64,000 bases of DNA from Heliomicrobium sp. (GCA_021155085.1 JAJNQA010000112.1:8378-72377), one strand, 5' to 3'; counted from the stretch's first letter, positions 42,804-52,460 are shown. Notes: generated by a model not told the origin, from the sequence alone. A program made the numbers and translations.

Positions 42804-43814
42804 TCTACACTCCGCTGGCGGCCAGTGTTTCGGTGGCCGCCGCCGCCATTTCCACCTTGGGCAGCCAGATTGTAAATACAGCGCCGCCTTCAACCAGCAT
42901 GGCAGCCAGCATGGCAGCCAGCATGGCGGCCAGCATGGCGGCCAGCATGGCGGCTTCGATGAAACCGCCAGGCTCTTCCACGATACGGCGCGATCCGAAA
43001 TCAGAAGCACTGAAAATGGCTTGCCGTCTCGCGGGAATCCCTGTTCCGAAACTTTGACACGCAAATGGCCGCCTATTTTCATTGCCTGCACGACATTCAA
43101 ACAAATATTCATCAACACCTGATGCAGTAACTCTCCGTCCGCAAGAATCCGCTCCTGGCTGTGAGCAAGACACTCTAGCTGAATTCCTGACTTCGCGGCG
43201 CCGTCTTCGATCAACTCAAAAACGCCCTACACCAATGAAGCGGCGTCCACCGGTTCGCAATGATTACTGAACGGACTCCCCAGATTCAGCAGTTCCCGCA
43301 CGATGCGGGCAATGAACATCGGCCTGATGATTGATGCTTGACAGATTGCGTTCGACTTTTTCGCACGGCGTATCCGTGCGTTCGCGCAATAGTTCGATGC
43401 GGCCCTTGATGACATTGCGCGGCGCGCCCATCTCGTGCGCGACGCCCGCGGCCAGCCGTCCCAGCGAAGCCAGCCGTTCGGCCTGCAGCAGTTGCTGTTC
43501 CAGCGCCAATCGCTCTTCCGCCGCCTGGACAATGGCCTGACGCTGTTCGCCCAGCCGATCCGCCATCCGGTTGACAGCGAAAACTCATTCCAACGGCCCG
43601 GCACGATGACGCGGTAATTCAGGTCGCCTTCGCCCAGCGCCGCCGCGCCCGTCAGCAACTCCTTGATTGGCCGCGCCAGATTCGTGCGCATCACCACCAG
43701 CACGCCCAGCAAAATTACCGCAAACAGCGTCAAGGTGAGCAATGCAATATCGCGGCGCGCGCGCGAAATCAGCCCGGATGAGCGAGCGCGGCTGCGTGAT
43801 TTCAAATGCCCCAC
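42804..43814 (-). pseudogene. Degraded sensor histidine kinase (TM + HAMP + HisKA + HATPase_c split across two frames, with an internal stop)
   Basis: HAMP in frame A (43227-43814). HisKA H-box [12 protein letters not shown] in frame B (43264-43566). HATPase N-box NICLNVVQAM back in frame A after a TAG at 43227. G2/C-terminal part FGTGIPA...GGAVFTIWLP in frame B (42805-43173). That implies at least 3 frameshifts, plus what looks like a truncated sensor N-terminus. Confidence 0.5.
42894..42953. repeat. 12-bp tandem repeat CCAGCATGGC(A/G)G x5 inside the kinase remnant
   Basis: Five contiguous units. They translate as AAML x5 (kinase frame), PPCW/LPCW x5 (RR-ORF frame) or MAAS x5 (plus strand). 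Confidence 0.8.
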
Positions 43815-44184
43815 GCTGCGCCTTGCGAAGTTGCACCGGCATGATGATTGAAAAAACTTCCCGCTTGCCGATGCGCCGCACCAGTTCCGCCGTCCAGTAT
43901 CGTAACAGCAGAATCAGTCTTGTGCTTGTACCCATCGGTTTTTCCCGCCCCTCCCGGCAGAGCAATTCCGCTGCCAGGCAAAATCCCCGGACTTTTGCCG
44001 CTTTCAGCGACAGCCTTGCCCTTTTTCGCCACATGCTTCCCCGCCCGCGGCGAGCATGATTTTTGGCCATCACCTTTTCTTCACAGGGAATAGCCTGCCA
44101 GATTACTGCTGGCACGGGAGTTGTCATTGAGATTCGTGACAATCAAAAAATGATTTCTTCATTTTTGATGTCGGGAGAACTGCC

Positions 44185-44772
44185 GTGAATCAAGAACAAA
44201 TTATCAATGTCGCCAGAGAACTCAAAGGCAGCCCCCTTATTCTTTCCGATTCCGGGCGGAAGATCGGGCAGGTTTCGGATGCCATTGTGCATCCGACCGA
44301 AGGCTCGCTGCTGGGCTTGGTGGCAACGAATCTAGGAGTGGAGCGGTTGCTGCTGGCCGAAGACTTCCACCTGTTCAGCGCCACCGGCGCGGTCATCATG
44401 CCGGAAGACACGCACCTGAACCTGGACAAAATCAACGGGGCCCTTCGGGACGGTGTTTGCGTTTGCCGCGATTTGATCGGGGCCGAAGCGATCACCAACT
44501 CAGGCAAGCTGCTGGGCCGCGTGATCGAGGTGTACGTGATGAAAGAAGAACTGCGGACGATTTACCGTGTGGCTTCTTCCCGGCTGCAAAGGATGTTTGG
44601 CGGCGGTTTTTTTGTCGCCGGGAACCTGCCGCACGCCTGGTCAAAAATTGGCGCGCGGCTGATTTTCAATGCTGAAGTCAACAGGCCAGGGCCGTTTGCC
44701 TCGCTTGATGAAGCGGCGTACTTCGTCCAGCGAGGCAAACGGCGGCTGGCTTTTGCTGGAGATAAACGATGA
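44185..44772 (+). CDS. PRC-barrel domain protein (two tandem PRC-like barrels)
   Basis: G.V.D..V....G..LG.V...L pattern seen twice (KIGQVSDAIVHPTEGSLLGLV and KLLGRVIEVYVMKEE). 195 aa. Confidence 0.5.
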   Translation: MNQEQIINVARELKGSPLILSDSGRKIGQVSDAIVHPTEGSLLGLVATNLGVERLLLAEDFHLFSATGAVIMPEDTHLNLDKINGALRDGVCVCRDLIGAEAITNSGKLLGRVIEVYVMKEELRTIYRVASSRLQRMFGGGFFVAGNLPHAWSKIGARLIFNAEVNRPGPFASLDEAAYFVQRGKRRLAFAGDKR

Positions 44773-44993
44773 AAAATGATTCTGACCGAATACTGATGAA
44801 TTTGAACCTGAACGATTCCGCTCCGCTGTATCAATGCCCGAACTGCCAGACCAAATGGCTGATCATCGGCCTGGAGCAATTGCGCGAGCACATCTGCAGG
44901 ACCTGCTCCCATCGCTTTAACCCGGACAGCGCACGCTTCAATTTCAAGAGGCTGACGCCGGAGGAACGCAGTGTCTGGTCCGACGCCGCCTGA
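44769..44993 (+). CDS. Small Cys4 zinc-ribbon protein
   Basis: CPNCQ...CRTCSH. ATGA overlap with the upstream gene. 74 aa. Confidence 0.35.
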   Translation: MKNDSDRILMNLNLNDSAPLYQCPNCQTKWLIIGLEQLREHICRTCSHRFNPDSARFNFKRLTPEERSVWSDAA

Positions 44994-45016
44994 TCAGACC
45001 GGTCGGAATACCGAGA

Positions 45017-46456
45017 ATGCTTATGATTTCAGTGATTATTCCCGTATTGAACGAATCCACCACCGTCAGCGCGGTGGTTCGCTTTGCATCATCTTCCCCC
45101 CAGGTCAGTGAAGTCATCGTGGTGGACGACGGTTCGATTGACGGCACGCCGGAACTGGCCAGAGAAGCTGGCGCGCGCGTCATCACCAGCCGATTGCTGG
45201 GCAAGGGCTTTTCCATGCACGAAGGCCTGCTGGCCGCCAAGAACGAACTGCTGGTTTATCTCGACGGCGACTTGAGCGGCCTTAACCGCAACTTGATTGC
45301 GCGCCTGACCGCCCCGCTGATTTCTGGGAAAGCCGACCTGGTCAAGGCCAGCTTCACTCGCGATGCCGGACGAGTGACAACGCTGACCGCGCGGCCTCTG
45401 CTGCAAACCTTTTTCCCCGAACTCGGCCATATCCAGCAGCCGCTGGGCGGGATCATCGCCGCGCGGCGCGCAACGCTGGAACGGCTGCGATTTGAAGACG
45501 ATTACGGAGTGGATGTGGGCTTGCTGCTGGATGCTTCACATTATCACGCGCGAATCGGTCAGGCGGACATCGGACACATTGAACACGATTCACAACCGCT
45601 GGAGGTGCTGGGCGATATGGCCACGCAGGTGATGCGCGTCATTCTGGATCGTGCCGCGCGTTATGGACGGTTGCGTTCCGAGCAGATTCGAGAGGTGCAG
45701 GAAGTCGAACGCCACATGTGCGCCGAACTTCCGCTGCTGCTGCAAAAAGTCGCGCACGCCGACCGGCTGGCCTTGATTGATATGGATGGCGTGCTGCTGG
45801 ATGGACGCTTTGTCATCGAACTGGCGCGGCGCACACATAAACTCAGCGCGCTGACGCATTATTTGGATCATCCGACGCTGTCCGCCGAATCGCGCACCCG
45901 CTTCATTGCGTCGCTGTTTCAAGGCGTGCCCAAGGAAACCTTCATTGAAACCGCGCGGGCAATGCCTCTCCTCCCCGGCGCGGTGGAAGCGGTCGTCGGC
46001 TTGCGCAAACTGGGTTACCGCGTGGGAATCGTGACGGATAGTTACTTCGTGGCTTCGGAAATCGTGCGCCGCCGGGTCTTCGCCGACTTCAGCGTTGCGC
46101 ACGTGCTGAAGTTCCGTCACGAAAAAGCCACCGGAGAAGTCACGCTCGCCCGCGCAATGATGGCGCATCCGCGCGGCTGTGCCGAACACAGACTCTGCAA
46201 ACTGAATGTGTTGCGTCATCTGACGGAACAGACAAGGCTCGAGCCTTCAGGCTTGATCGCGGTGGGCGATGGCGAAAACGATGTTTGCCTGCTGCGCGCG
46301 GTTCCCACCTCGTTCGCCTTTCAACCCAAAAGCAAAAACGTCCGCGCCGCCGCGCAATTCGTCATTGACGGGGAGCTGTCCGAAATACTGAATTTCGTGC
46401 CCCAATCAGAAGATTTCGCACAGGAATTTGAAGAAGAACTGCTCGCGACGGCCTGA
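45017..46456 (+). CDS. Fusion of a glucosyl-/mannosyl-3-phosphoglycerate synthase-like glycosyltransferase (GT81/GT2) with a HAD-superfamily phosphatase (PSP-like)
   Basis: N-terminal half ISVIIPVLNE...VIVVDDGS...YLDGDL...GRVTTLTARPLL...YGVDVGLLLD, close to the GpgS/MpgS pattern. C-terminal half LIDMDGVLLDGRF...GIVTDS...AVGDGENDV (HAD motifs I-IV). Confidence 0.65.
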   Translation: MLMISVIIPVLNESTTVSAVVRFASSSPQVSEVIVVDDGSIDGTPELAREAGARVITSRLLGKGFSMHEGLLAAKNELLVYLDGDLSGLNRNLIARLTAPLISGKADLVKASFTRDAGRVTTLTARPLLQTFFPELGHIQQPLGGIIAARRATLERLRFEDDYGVDVGLLLDASHYHARIGQADIGHIEHDSQPLEVLGDMATQVMRVILDRAARYGRLRSEQIREVQEVERHMCAELPLLLQKVAHADRLALIDMDGVLLDGRFVIELARRTHKLSALTHYLDHPTLSAESRTRFIASLFQGVPKETFIETARAMPLLPGAVEAVVGLRKLGYRVGIVTDSYFVASEIVRRRVFADFSVAHVLKFRHEKATGEVTLARAMMAHPRGCAEHRLCKLNVLRHLTEQTRLEPSGLIAVGDGENDVCLLRAVPTSFAFQPKSKNVRAAAQFVIDGELSEILNFVPQSEDFAQEFEEELLATA

Positions 46457-46486
46457 TCTGGCCGCCGCTTTCTTAAGGGAGATCCT

Positions 46487-46969
46487 ATGAACAGACTGAC
46501 TTTACATTCCCTGATTCGCCTGGCCGTCATCATCCTGGCATGCTGCATTCCCGGAATCGCTACGGCTCAGGCACAACAGCAGGGGCAGGAACAAAATCCC
46601 CCGCCGGAAACTCCTCCCCGGAAAGTGATGCGCGAATACCAGGGCGTCAGACTGGGAATGACAGACGCCGAAGTTCGCGCCGCCGTGGGAAAACCGAAAT
46701 CCGATGGCAAGGACCGCGACGAGTACGACCTGAAAGACGACGGCTCGCTCACCATCCATTACGACAATGGCAAGGTAAAAGCCATTCAGCTTTACTTTGC
46801 CAATGCCAAAAACGCGCCGCCCTGGCCGGAAGTTATTGGCGATGCGGAAATCGTTCAAAATGAGAATGGCTCAAAACACGCCCGCGTCGTTATCCCCGAA
46901 GAACGCTTCTGGGTCGCCATGTTTCAGAACAAGGATCAATCCATGACCACCATCACCATCAGTCAGTAA
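46487..46969 (+). CDS. Secreted hypothetical protein
   Basis: Signal peptide LAVIILACCIPGIATAQA. 160 aa. No recognised domain. Confidence 0.4.
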   Translation: MNRLTLHSLIRLAVIILACCIPGIATAQAQQQGQEQNPPPETPPRKVMREYQGVRLGMTDAEVRAAVGKPKSDGKDRDEYDLKDDGSLTIHYDNGKVKAIQLYFANAKNAPPWPEVIGDAEIVQNENGSKHARVVIPEERFWVAMFQNKDQSMTTITISQ

Positions 46970-47010
46970 TCAGAGGCTGCCGGGGAAACGCTGTTTCCCC
47001 GGCAGCGCAC

Positions 47011-47580
47011 TTATTTTTTCATCAAAACTTCCAGCAACTCCGATGCTTTGGTCCGGCCGCCGTGCGATTTGCTGACCTTGGAAAAGAAGACAACGCCTTT
47101 TTGATCAATCAGGAAGGTTGAAGGATAAGCAGTTTCCTTCGGCGCATCCCAACGCAGCCCGTACAGATTGGTGAATTCGTAACCGGGATCGAGCAGCAAT
47201 TCGAAATGTTCCGGCAGTGTTTTATTGGTCAAAAACTCCATGGCGCGTTCATCCAGTTTTTCCGGCGGGCCGGGATAGACCAGAACAACCTGGGCCTTGG
47301 CGTCCGCAAAGGCTTGCGCGTTTTTGATAAAGTCCTGCACCTGTATATTGCACAGTGGACACTGGTAGCCTGGATACCCGCGAAGCGCGACCAGCACGAC
47401 CGTTGATTTGGCGGTCTTTTCAGAAAGACGGACCTTCTTTCCCTGCAAAGTTGACAACGTGAAGTCAGGCGCTTTTTCCCCGACCGCGGGCGGCGTCGAA
47501 GCCGTGTTTGCCGAAACGGCGCTGACCGTCATTAAACAAGCCAGCAGCAGCGAGAAAAGAAACTGTTTCAAGGCGTTCAT
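47011..47580 (-). CDS. Thioredoxin-fold redoxin (AhpC/TSA-like) periplasmic protein
   Basis: Signal peptide MNALKQFLFSLLLACLMTVSAVSA. GEKAPDFTL...VVLVALRGYPGYQCPLCN carries a redox CxxC. Confidence 0.6.
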   Translation of the reverse strand: MNALKQFLFSLLLACLMTVSAVSANTASTPPAVGEKAPDFTLSTLQGKKVRLSEKTAKSTVVLVALRGYPGYQCPLCNIQVQDFIKNAQAFADAKAQVVLVYPGPPEKLDERAMEFLTNKTLPEHFELLLDPGYEFTNLYGLRWDAPKETAYPSTFLIDQKGVVFFSKVSKSHGGRTKASELLEVLMKK

Positions 47581-47785
47581 CTCCTGTGAATGAAATTGAT
47601 GATTGAAGGGTTGATGCGAATGCATGCCTTCCGAAGATCGTCGTTCGTGTATCCCTGAATGGCGCGATTGTATTCCCGCGTCGGCATATTTTCCGGACGA
47701 ATGTCTTTCGGCAGCGGCAAAAAAGCACAGCCTCAAGGCGATGGGCATCGCCTTGAGGCTGCCTTCTCAATCGGTTTTTCGGCAA

Positions 47786-50182
47786 TTATTCTTCGACCCG
47801 ATAGACTTTGCCTTTCCAAACAACGATCACGCGTTTATCCAGCGCGAAGCAATCGGCCAGTTTCGGCTCCTGCCCGATCAGATTGAAGTAGTCTTCGCTG
47901 GCGAATTTCAAGTCCGTGACCGGCAGTTTGTCATCAGGTCTGAATTCGCTGTCGGTCCACACGCCATCGCGCAGGTAGAAAGTCTTGCCTGCCGCTTGCC
48001 GCACCCCCTCCCCGCTTGCGCTGCCGGCGGAGACGCCGACTTTATCGGCGCGACGCAAAGCCTCTTTCTCTTTGCTGAATTCGACAGCGCTCTGACCGGA
48101 TGCAATTCCTGGAATGGCCATCTGGCGCGAAGCCGGTTTGGGTTCTTGCGAACGGCGGCCTGGGCTAACAGTCACGGTTTCACTAACCGCGCCCGGCATT
48201 CCGGCCACACGCATGCCCGGTTCCAGCACCAGATAAGACGTGTAAGGCGTGACGATGCCATATCGGGTTCCAAGCTCGACGATTTCGTCGCGCACTTCTT
48301 TCGATTCCCCGTTGGCCCGAATCTGATCGAGCAAATAACCGACTCGCCGCATCGCCCACAAATGCGGGAGGAATTCATTCTCGGTTTGTTTTTCAGGGAA
48401 TGACAAATTCTCATACGTGAAGCGGCGTTCGCGCCCATTGACCTGGCCAGTCAAACCGAGCCGGAGTTTGTCTTTGGATCCTGCGCGATAACGTCCGACC
48501 AGCACAAGCTGCGACCCATGAAAGATGTCCGGCATCGAGCGCGGATAAACCAGTTCGGTTTGGACGCCCCCCCAATCCAGCTTTACATCATTCAGCACGG
48601 GGTGATTCACCTTGGCGAAGAAGTTCGAGACTTTTACTTCCAAATCTTCATTGGGTTCGATGTAGCCCACCGTGCCGCGATTGTCGTTTGCCAGCGCGTC
48701 CAGCAACAGCGTGTTGACGTCATAACCGACGCCGAAAGTGAACAGCCGGACAGAAGCGTTTTTCTTCTGTTTGACGTTTTCGAGAATGCGCTTCGGCTGC
48801 GTTTCGCCAACTGTCGGCTGGCCGTCGGTAATCAGCACAATCAATTGCGGACGGTCGTTTGATTGAATTTGTTTATACGCGGCGGCCAGCGCGTCGTTGA
48901 TGTTTGTGCCGCCCGTGGCTTTCATGCGTTCGATGAACTCGCGGGCGTCCTTCTTTCCGGCGTCGTTTCCGGCAATCAGACGTTCGCTCATCAAATGCTC
49001 TTCACCGGCGAAGGAAATAATGTTGAAGCGGTCGCGCGCGTCCAGCGAACTGACGCCGTGGCGCAAGGCCGCCTTGGCTTTATCCATCTTGTTGTCTTCG
49101 GCCATCGAGCCGGAGGTGTCGAGCACGAAGACCACATCTTTGGCCACCACTTCGCGCTCGTTCAACTGCGCCTTTGGCGAAACCAGCAGCAGGAAATATC
49201 CATCCTTTCCCGGCTCCCGAAAGGTCAGCAGCGAAACCCCGAAATCCTGCTCCGAAAAATTATAGAAAAGCTGGAAATCCGGCTGCGCCGACCAAGCGCG
49301 GGTTTCGAAGCTAAGGCGAACCTTTCGTTCGCCATCCCGTTTCACTTCGATTTCGTGCGAAGGCGAGTAAATGTTTTTGATCGGCACGCGCGAAACGATT
49401 TCGACTTCCGCCGAAATGCTGCCGGGCGCGGTTCGCGGCGGCGGAATTTGCCGATCCACTTCCCGCCTCGGTCCCGGCATGGGAACCGGGCGCGGCGGCG
49501 GCGGCGCAAAGCCATTCGCGCGCCAGCCAGTGCCCAGCGGATAGCGATAGCCAACGGTTCCGTTTTCGCCGGTCAGCACCTGGCTGTAGGTCAGTTCGAT
49601 CTTCTTGTCGCTGTGCGGTTGAATCGGAAAGATACTGGCCTGAAACAAATTCCTGCCAGCGTATTCCAGCAGGGCCGGATCGCGCCTTGATCTGACGATG
49701 CTGTCGTAAATCCGGCGCGCTTCTTCTTTCGAGCGGACTTCGCCGACCAGCCGCTTGTCGCCGTCCCACATCGCAAATTCCGTGATCGAAACGTTCTCTG
49801 GCAGCGGAAAGAAATAGACGCCTTCGAGCACGAAAGGCGTGTCGTTTTCAAAGACTTGTTCGACGTGCGTAGTGGCGACCTGATCGTTGATCTTTGTGGA
49901 GATTTTTATGCTTTTGACTTTCAGCGGTTGCTGCGGCACTTGCGGCGGCGGCGGGCAGTGTGGAAGCGGGCGCGGACAAGGCCGCGGCAAAATAATTCCC
50001 TGCCCTTTCGCAGTGGCGACAACGAGCAGCGATGCGAGCAACGCGGCCAATAAAACAGCAGGCAAACTGGAAACCTTCATAACTCCTCCTCGATTCGGCT
50101 TACAACTGAGGTCTGACATTGAGACTGAAGAGCGGGACAGTCTGAGAACGCAGCGGCGAGCCGCGCCTTGCAACGTTCGCAA
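47786..50182 (-). CDS. Secreted VIT-domain + von Willebrand factor A (VWA) domain protein
   Basis: VIT-like N-domain (IKISTKINDQVATTHVEQVFEN...FFPLPENVSITEFAMW). MIDAS motif DVVFVLDTSGSM. 798 aa. Confidence 0.75.
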   Translation of the reverse strand: MRTLQGAARRCVLRLSRSSVSMSDLSCKPNRGGVMKVSSLPAVLLAALLASLLVVATAKGQGIILPRPCPRPLPHCPPPPQVPQQPLKVKSIKISTKINDQVATTHVEQVFENDTPFVLEGVYFFPLPENVSITEFAMWDGDKRLVGEVRSKEEARRIYDSIVRSRRDPALLEYAGRNLFQASIFPIQPHSDKKIELTYSQVLTGENGTVGYRYPLGTGWRANGFAPPPPRPVPMPGPRREVDRQIPPPRTAPGSISAEVEIVSRVPIKNIYSPSHEIEVKRDGERKVRLSFETRAWSAQPDFQLFYNFSEQDFGVSLLTFREPGKDGYFLLLVSPKAQLNEREVVAKDVVFVLDTSGSMAEDNKMDKAKAALRHGVSSLDARDRFNIISFAGEEHLMSERLIAGNDAGKKDAREFIERMKATGGTNINDALAAAYKQIQSNDRPQLIVLITDGQPTVGETQPKRILENVKQKKNASVRLFTFGVGYDVNTLLLDALANDNRGTVGYIEPNEDLEVKVSNFFAKVNHPVLNDVKLDWGGVQTELVYPRSMPDIFHGSQLVLVGRYRAGSKDKLRLGLTGQVNGRERRFTYENLSFPEKQTENEFLPHLWAMRRVGYLLDQIRANGESKEVRDEIVELGTRYGIVTPYTSYLVLEPGMRVAGMPGAVSETVTVSPGRRSQEPKPASRQMAIPGIASGQSAVEFSKEKEALRRADKVGVSAGSASGEGVRQAAGKTFYLRDGVWTDSEFRPDDKLPVTDLKFASEDYFNLIGQEPKLADCFALDKRVIVVWKGKVYRVEE

Positions 50183-50288
50183 TGCAAAAGGTCCGATGCA
50201 TTTTCATGAATCCTTGCGCTCCCCCCGCTTCAATGCAGTAAACTAACCGCCGGGACGAAATCCAACTTATCATTTCTCAGGAGTCAAA

Positions 50289-50894
50289 ATGTCGGACAAA
50301 AACATTTTTTCGGAGCGCGAGCGCGGGATTGAGGCGGAATACTTTCTGAAAAGAGAGCAGGAACTAATCGCCAAAATGCGCGAACGAGTTGCCCGCGAAG
50401 AAGAGCGCCATCAGATGGCCGAAGCCATTGGCGTGGCGGATGAAGAAGTGCTCGAAGCATTGCAGGATTTGGGTTACACGGCGGACACGGTCAAATTACT
50501 GTCTGTGATTCCGCTGGTGCAGGTGGCCTGGGCCGAAGGCGGCGTCTCGGACGCCGAGCGGAAGTTGATCTATGAAGTCGCCGCCTCACGCGGCGCGACG
50601 GAAGGAACGACGGCTTTTCAAAAGTTGAACGAATGGCTGACCGTGGAACCGCCACAAGAGTTCTTCGACAATTCACTGCGCGCCGTCAGCTATCTTTTTG
50701 AATCCCTGCCGGAAGACCAGCGCGCCACCAGCCGCCAGAGTCTGGTTGAATACTGCACCCGGATTGCCGAAGTCTCTGGCGGCATTCTGGGTTTCGGCAA
50801 ATTCTCCGATGGAGAACGCATGGCGATTGCCCGCATCGCCTCTGAAATCGGCCAGAATCGCGAGACTGCGGTGAAACGAGTAATCGAAGCGTAA
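50289..50894 (+). CDS. TerB-like (tellurite-resistance / DjlA-N-like) domain protein
   Basis: LLSVIPLVQVAWAEGGVSDAERKLIYEV resembles the TerB ADG..s..E motif. Weak. Confidence 0.35.
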   Translation: MSDKNIFSERERGIEAEYFLKREQELIAKMRERVAREEERHQMAEAIGVADEEVLEALQDLGYTADTVKLLSVIPLVQVAWAEGGVSDAERKLIYEVAASRGATEGTTAFQKLNEWLTVEPPQEFFDNSLRAVSYLFESLPEDQRATSRQSLVEYCTRIAEVSGGILGFGKFSDGERMAIARIASEIGQNRETAVKRVIEA

Positions 50895-50967
50895 TCCCTG
50901 TGCGTATCAGTAGCCCGCGCGTCAGCAGGGGCGCAAACCTCCCTGACGGACGGGCTACTGGCACAAA

Positions 50968-51228
50968 TCAGCCTCCGCTCAAAGCCTGCAGGATATGCAC
51001 CTCATCCGCCGGTTGCAGTGCAATCTGCAATCCCTGCACCTGCTCCCCATTGACGAAGATTTTCATGTGCGGGCGAATCGCATCCTGTTCGTCAATCATC
51101 CGGAAACGAATGCCGGGATAGCGCCGGTTCAAATCGTCCAGCAGTTCAGCAATCGTTTGCCCATCGGCTTCGACCTCTTTCGATTGGTTCGTATAAGTGA
51201 GCAGCGGACTGGGAATAATCACTCTCAT
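50968..51228 (-). CDS. MoaD/ThiS-family ubiquitin-like beta-grasp protein with a C-terminal Gly-Gly
   Basis: MRVIIPSPLL...ADGQTIAELLDDL...IFVNGEQV...ILQALSGG-stop. ATG at 51226-51228. The ORF-track extension overlaps the upstream gene's stop. Confidence 0.55.
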   Translation of the reverse strand: MRVIIPSPLLTYTNQSKEVEADGQTIAELLDDLNRRYPGIRFRMIDEQDAIRPHMKIFVNGEQVQGLQIALQPADEVHILQALSGG

Positions 51229-51263
51229 GGCTTTCCTCGCTTTCCAGGGTGATCTGGCTGGCT

Positions 51264-52460
51264 TCAACCGGCAAGCTCAACCGCTTCAACCGCGTAAACG
51301 TGCGGCAGATGCCGGGCAATGCAGGACCATTTTTCGCCTTCGCTCGCGCTTCCCCAGATTTCACCGCAAGTCGTGCCGAAATAGATGCCAACCGGATCGC
51401 GCGCATCAGCGGTCATCGCCTGGCGAAAGACCGTGAACCAGGCCTGCTCCGCCGGCAAACCGTTGTCCAGCCGTTGCCACTTCTTGCCGCCATTTCGCGT
51501 CACATAAGCCGCGGGCTTGCCGCCGGGACTGGTTCGTGGCCAGACCTGGGTTCCGTCCATCGGAAAAACCCAGCAAGTATTCGGGTCGCGCGGATGCAGC
51601 ACCATGGGAAAACCGATGTCGCCAATCGCCTTCGGCATCTTTTCGCCGATGCGAATCCAGCGATTGCCATCCTGCGGTGAACTGCGGTCCATCCGGTAAA
51701 TTCCGCAATGATTCTGCTGGTACAAGATGTCCGGATTCAGCGGATGGATTCGGACGCAATGCGGGTCCTGACCGAATTCCGGCAATGGATCGGGAAAAAA
51801 ATCCGCCCGGCTTCCGGCATTGAGCGGTTTCCAATCCGCGCCCTGGTCCGTGCTTTCAAACACGCCGCCGCCGGACATCCCAAGGTACATATGATTGGGG
51901 TCACGGGGATCAACAATGATCGAGTGCATTTTCGGCCCGTCGGGCGTGCCGTCGCCCAATCCGCCGATCCATGTCATCCGCATCGGATGATCGTTGAAGC
52001 CCGAAACCGATTCCCAGGTTTCTCCGCCATCTTCCGACCGAAACAACCCCTGGGGCGAAGTTCCTGCGTACCAGACATTCGGTTCGCTGGCGTGCCCCGG
52101 CGTCAGCCAGAAGACGTGATCCACGGTCATCCCCTTTTCCCCTTCCGGCGCCTTCGGGAACGCCGGCGGCTTCGCCGCTTCTTTCCAGGTCTTGCCGAAA
52201 TTGGTCGAACGAAACACCGTCGGCCCCAAATGGCCGGTTTTCGCCGCCAGCAGCAGCGTCCGCCCATCACGCGGATCAAGCATCATGTGATGCACGATAT
52301 TGCCCAGAAAAATCGGGCCGCGCGTTTCCCATTGGCGGCGTTTGGGATCGGAAACCAGAATAAAACCACCTTTCTTGGTGGCAACGAGTAAGGCGACAGA
52401 ACCTGAAGCGGACTTTGCGAGCTTTATTGGTGCGGCTTTCTTTTTGACAGCGTTCTTCAT
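51264..52460 (-). CDS. BNR/Asp-box repeat beta-propeller protein (sialidase-fold, Ycf48-like)
   Basis: STNFGKTWK, EDGGETWE, TDQGADWK, RNGGKKWQ and ASEGEKWS Asp-box motifs. Its stop overlaps the MoaD-like ORF extension. Confidence 0.6.
   Translation of the reverse strand: MKNAVKKKAAPIKLAKSASGSVALLVATKKGGFILVSDPKRRQWETRGPIFLGNIVHHMMLDPRDGRTLLLAAKTGHLGPTVFRSTNFGKTWKEAAKPPAFPKAPEGEKGMTVDHVFWLTPGHASEPNVWYAGTSPQGLFRSEDGGETWESVSGFNDHPMRMTWIGGLGDGTPDGPKMHSIIVDPRDPNHMYLGMSGGGVFESTDQGADWKPLNAGSRADFFPDPLPEFGQDPHCVRIHPLNPDILYQQNHCGIYRMDRSSPQDGNRWIRIGEKMPKAIGDIGFPMVLHPRDPNTCWVFPMDGTQVWPRTSPGGKPAAYVTRNGGKKWQRLDNGLPAEQAWFTVFRQAMTADARDPVGIYFGTTCGEIWGSASEGEKWSCIARHLPHVYAVEAVELAG

Noticed and set aside
42894-42953. 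Tandem repeats considered as a possible CRISPR array (also the 40-bp repeat at 55591-55680)
   Set aside because: The units are contiguous with no spacers, there are too few copies, and no cas genes are present. They are microsatellite or tandem duplications.
42804-43214. The ORF-track N-terminal extension of the NtrC-like regulator (MIEDG...PPCWPPCW...)
   Set aside because: The extension is the HATPase N-box of the decayed upstream kinase read in frame (TTG start), then the microsatellite. The true RR start is the ATG at 42801-42803, directly before the REC domain.
43585-44142. 185-aa minus-strand ORF upstream of the kinase remnant
   Set aside because: Arg/Ala-rich low-complexity translation with no domain. 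It is most likely non-coding promoter or spacer DNA, or the vestige of the kinase's lost sensor region.
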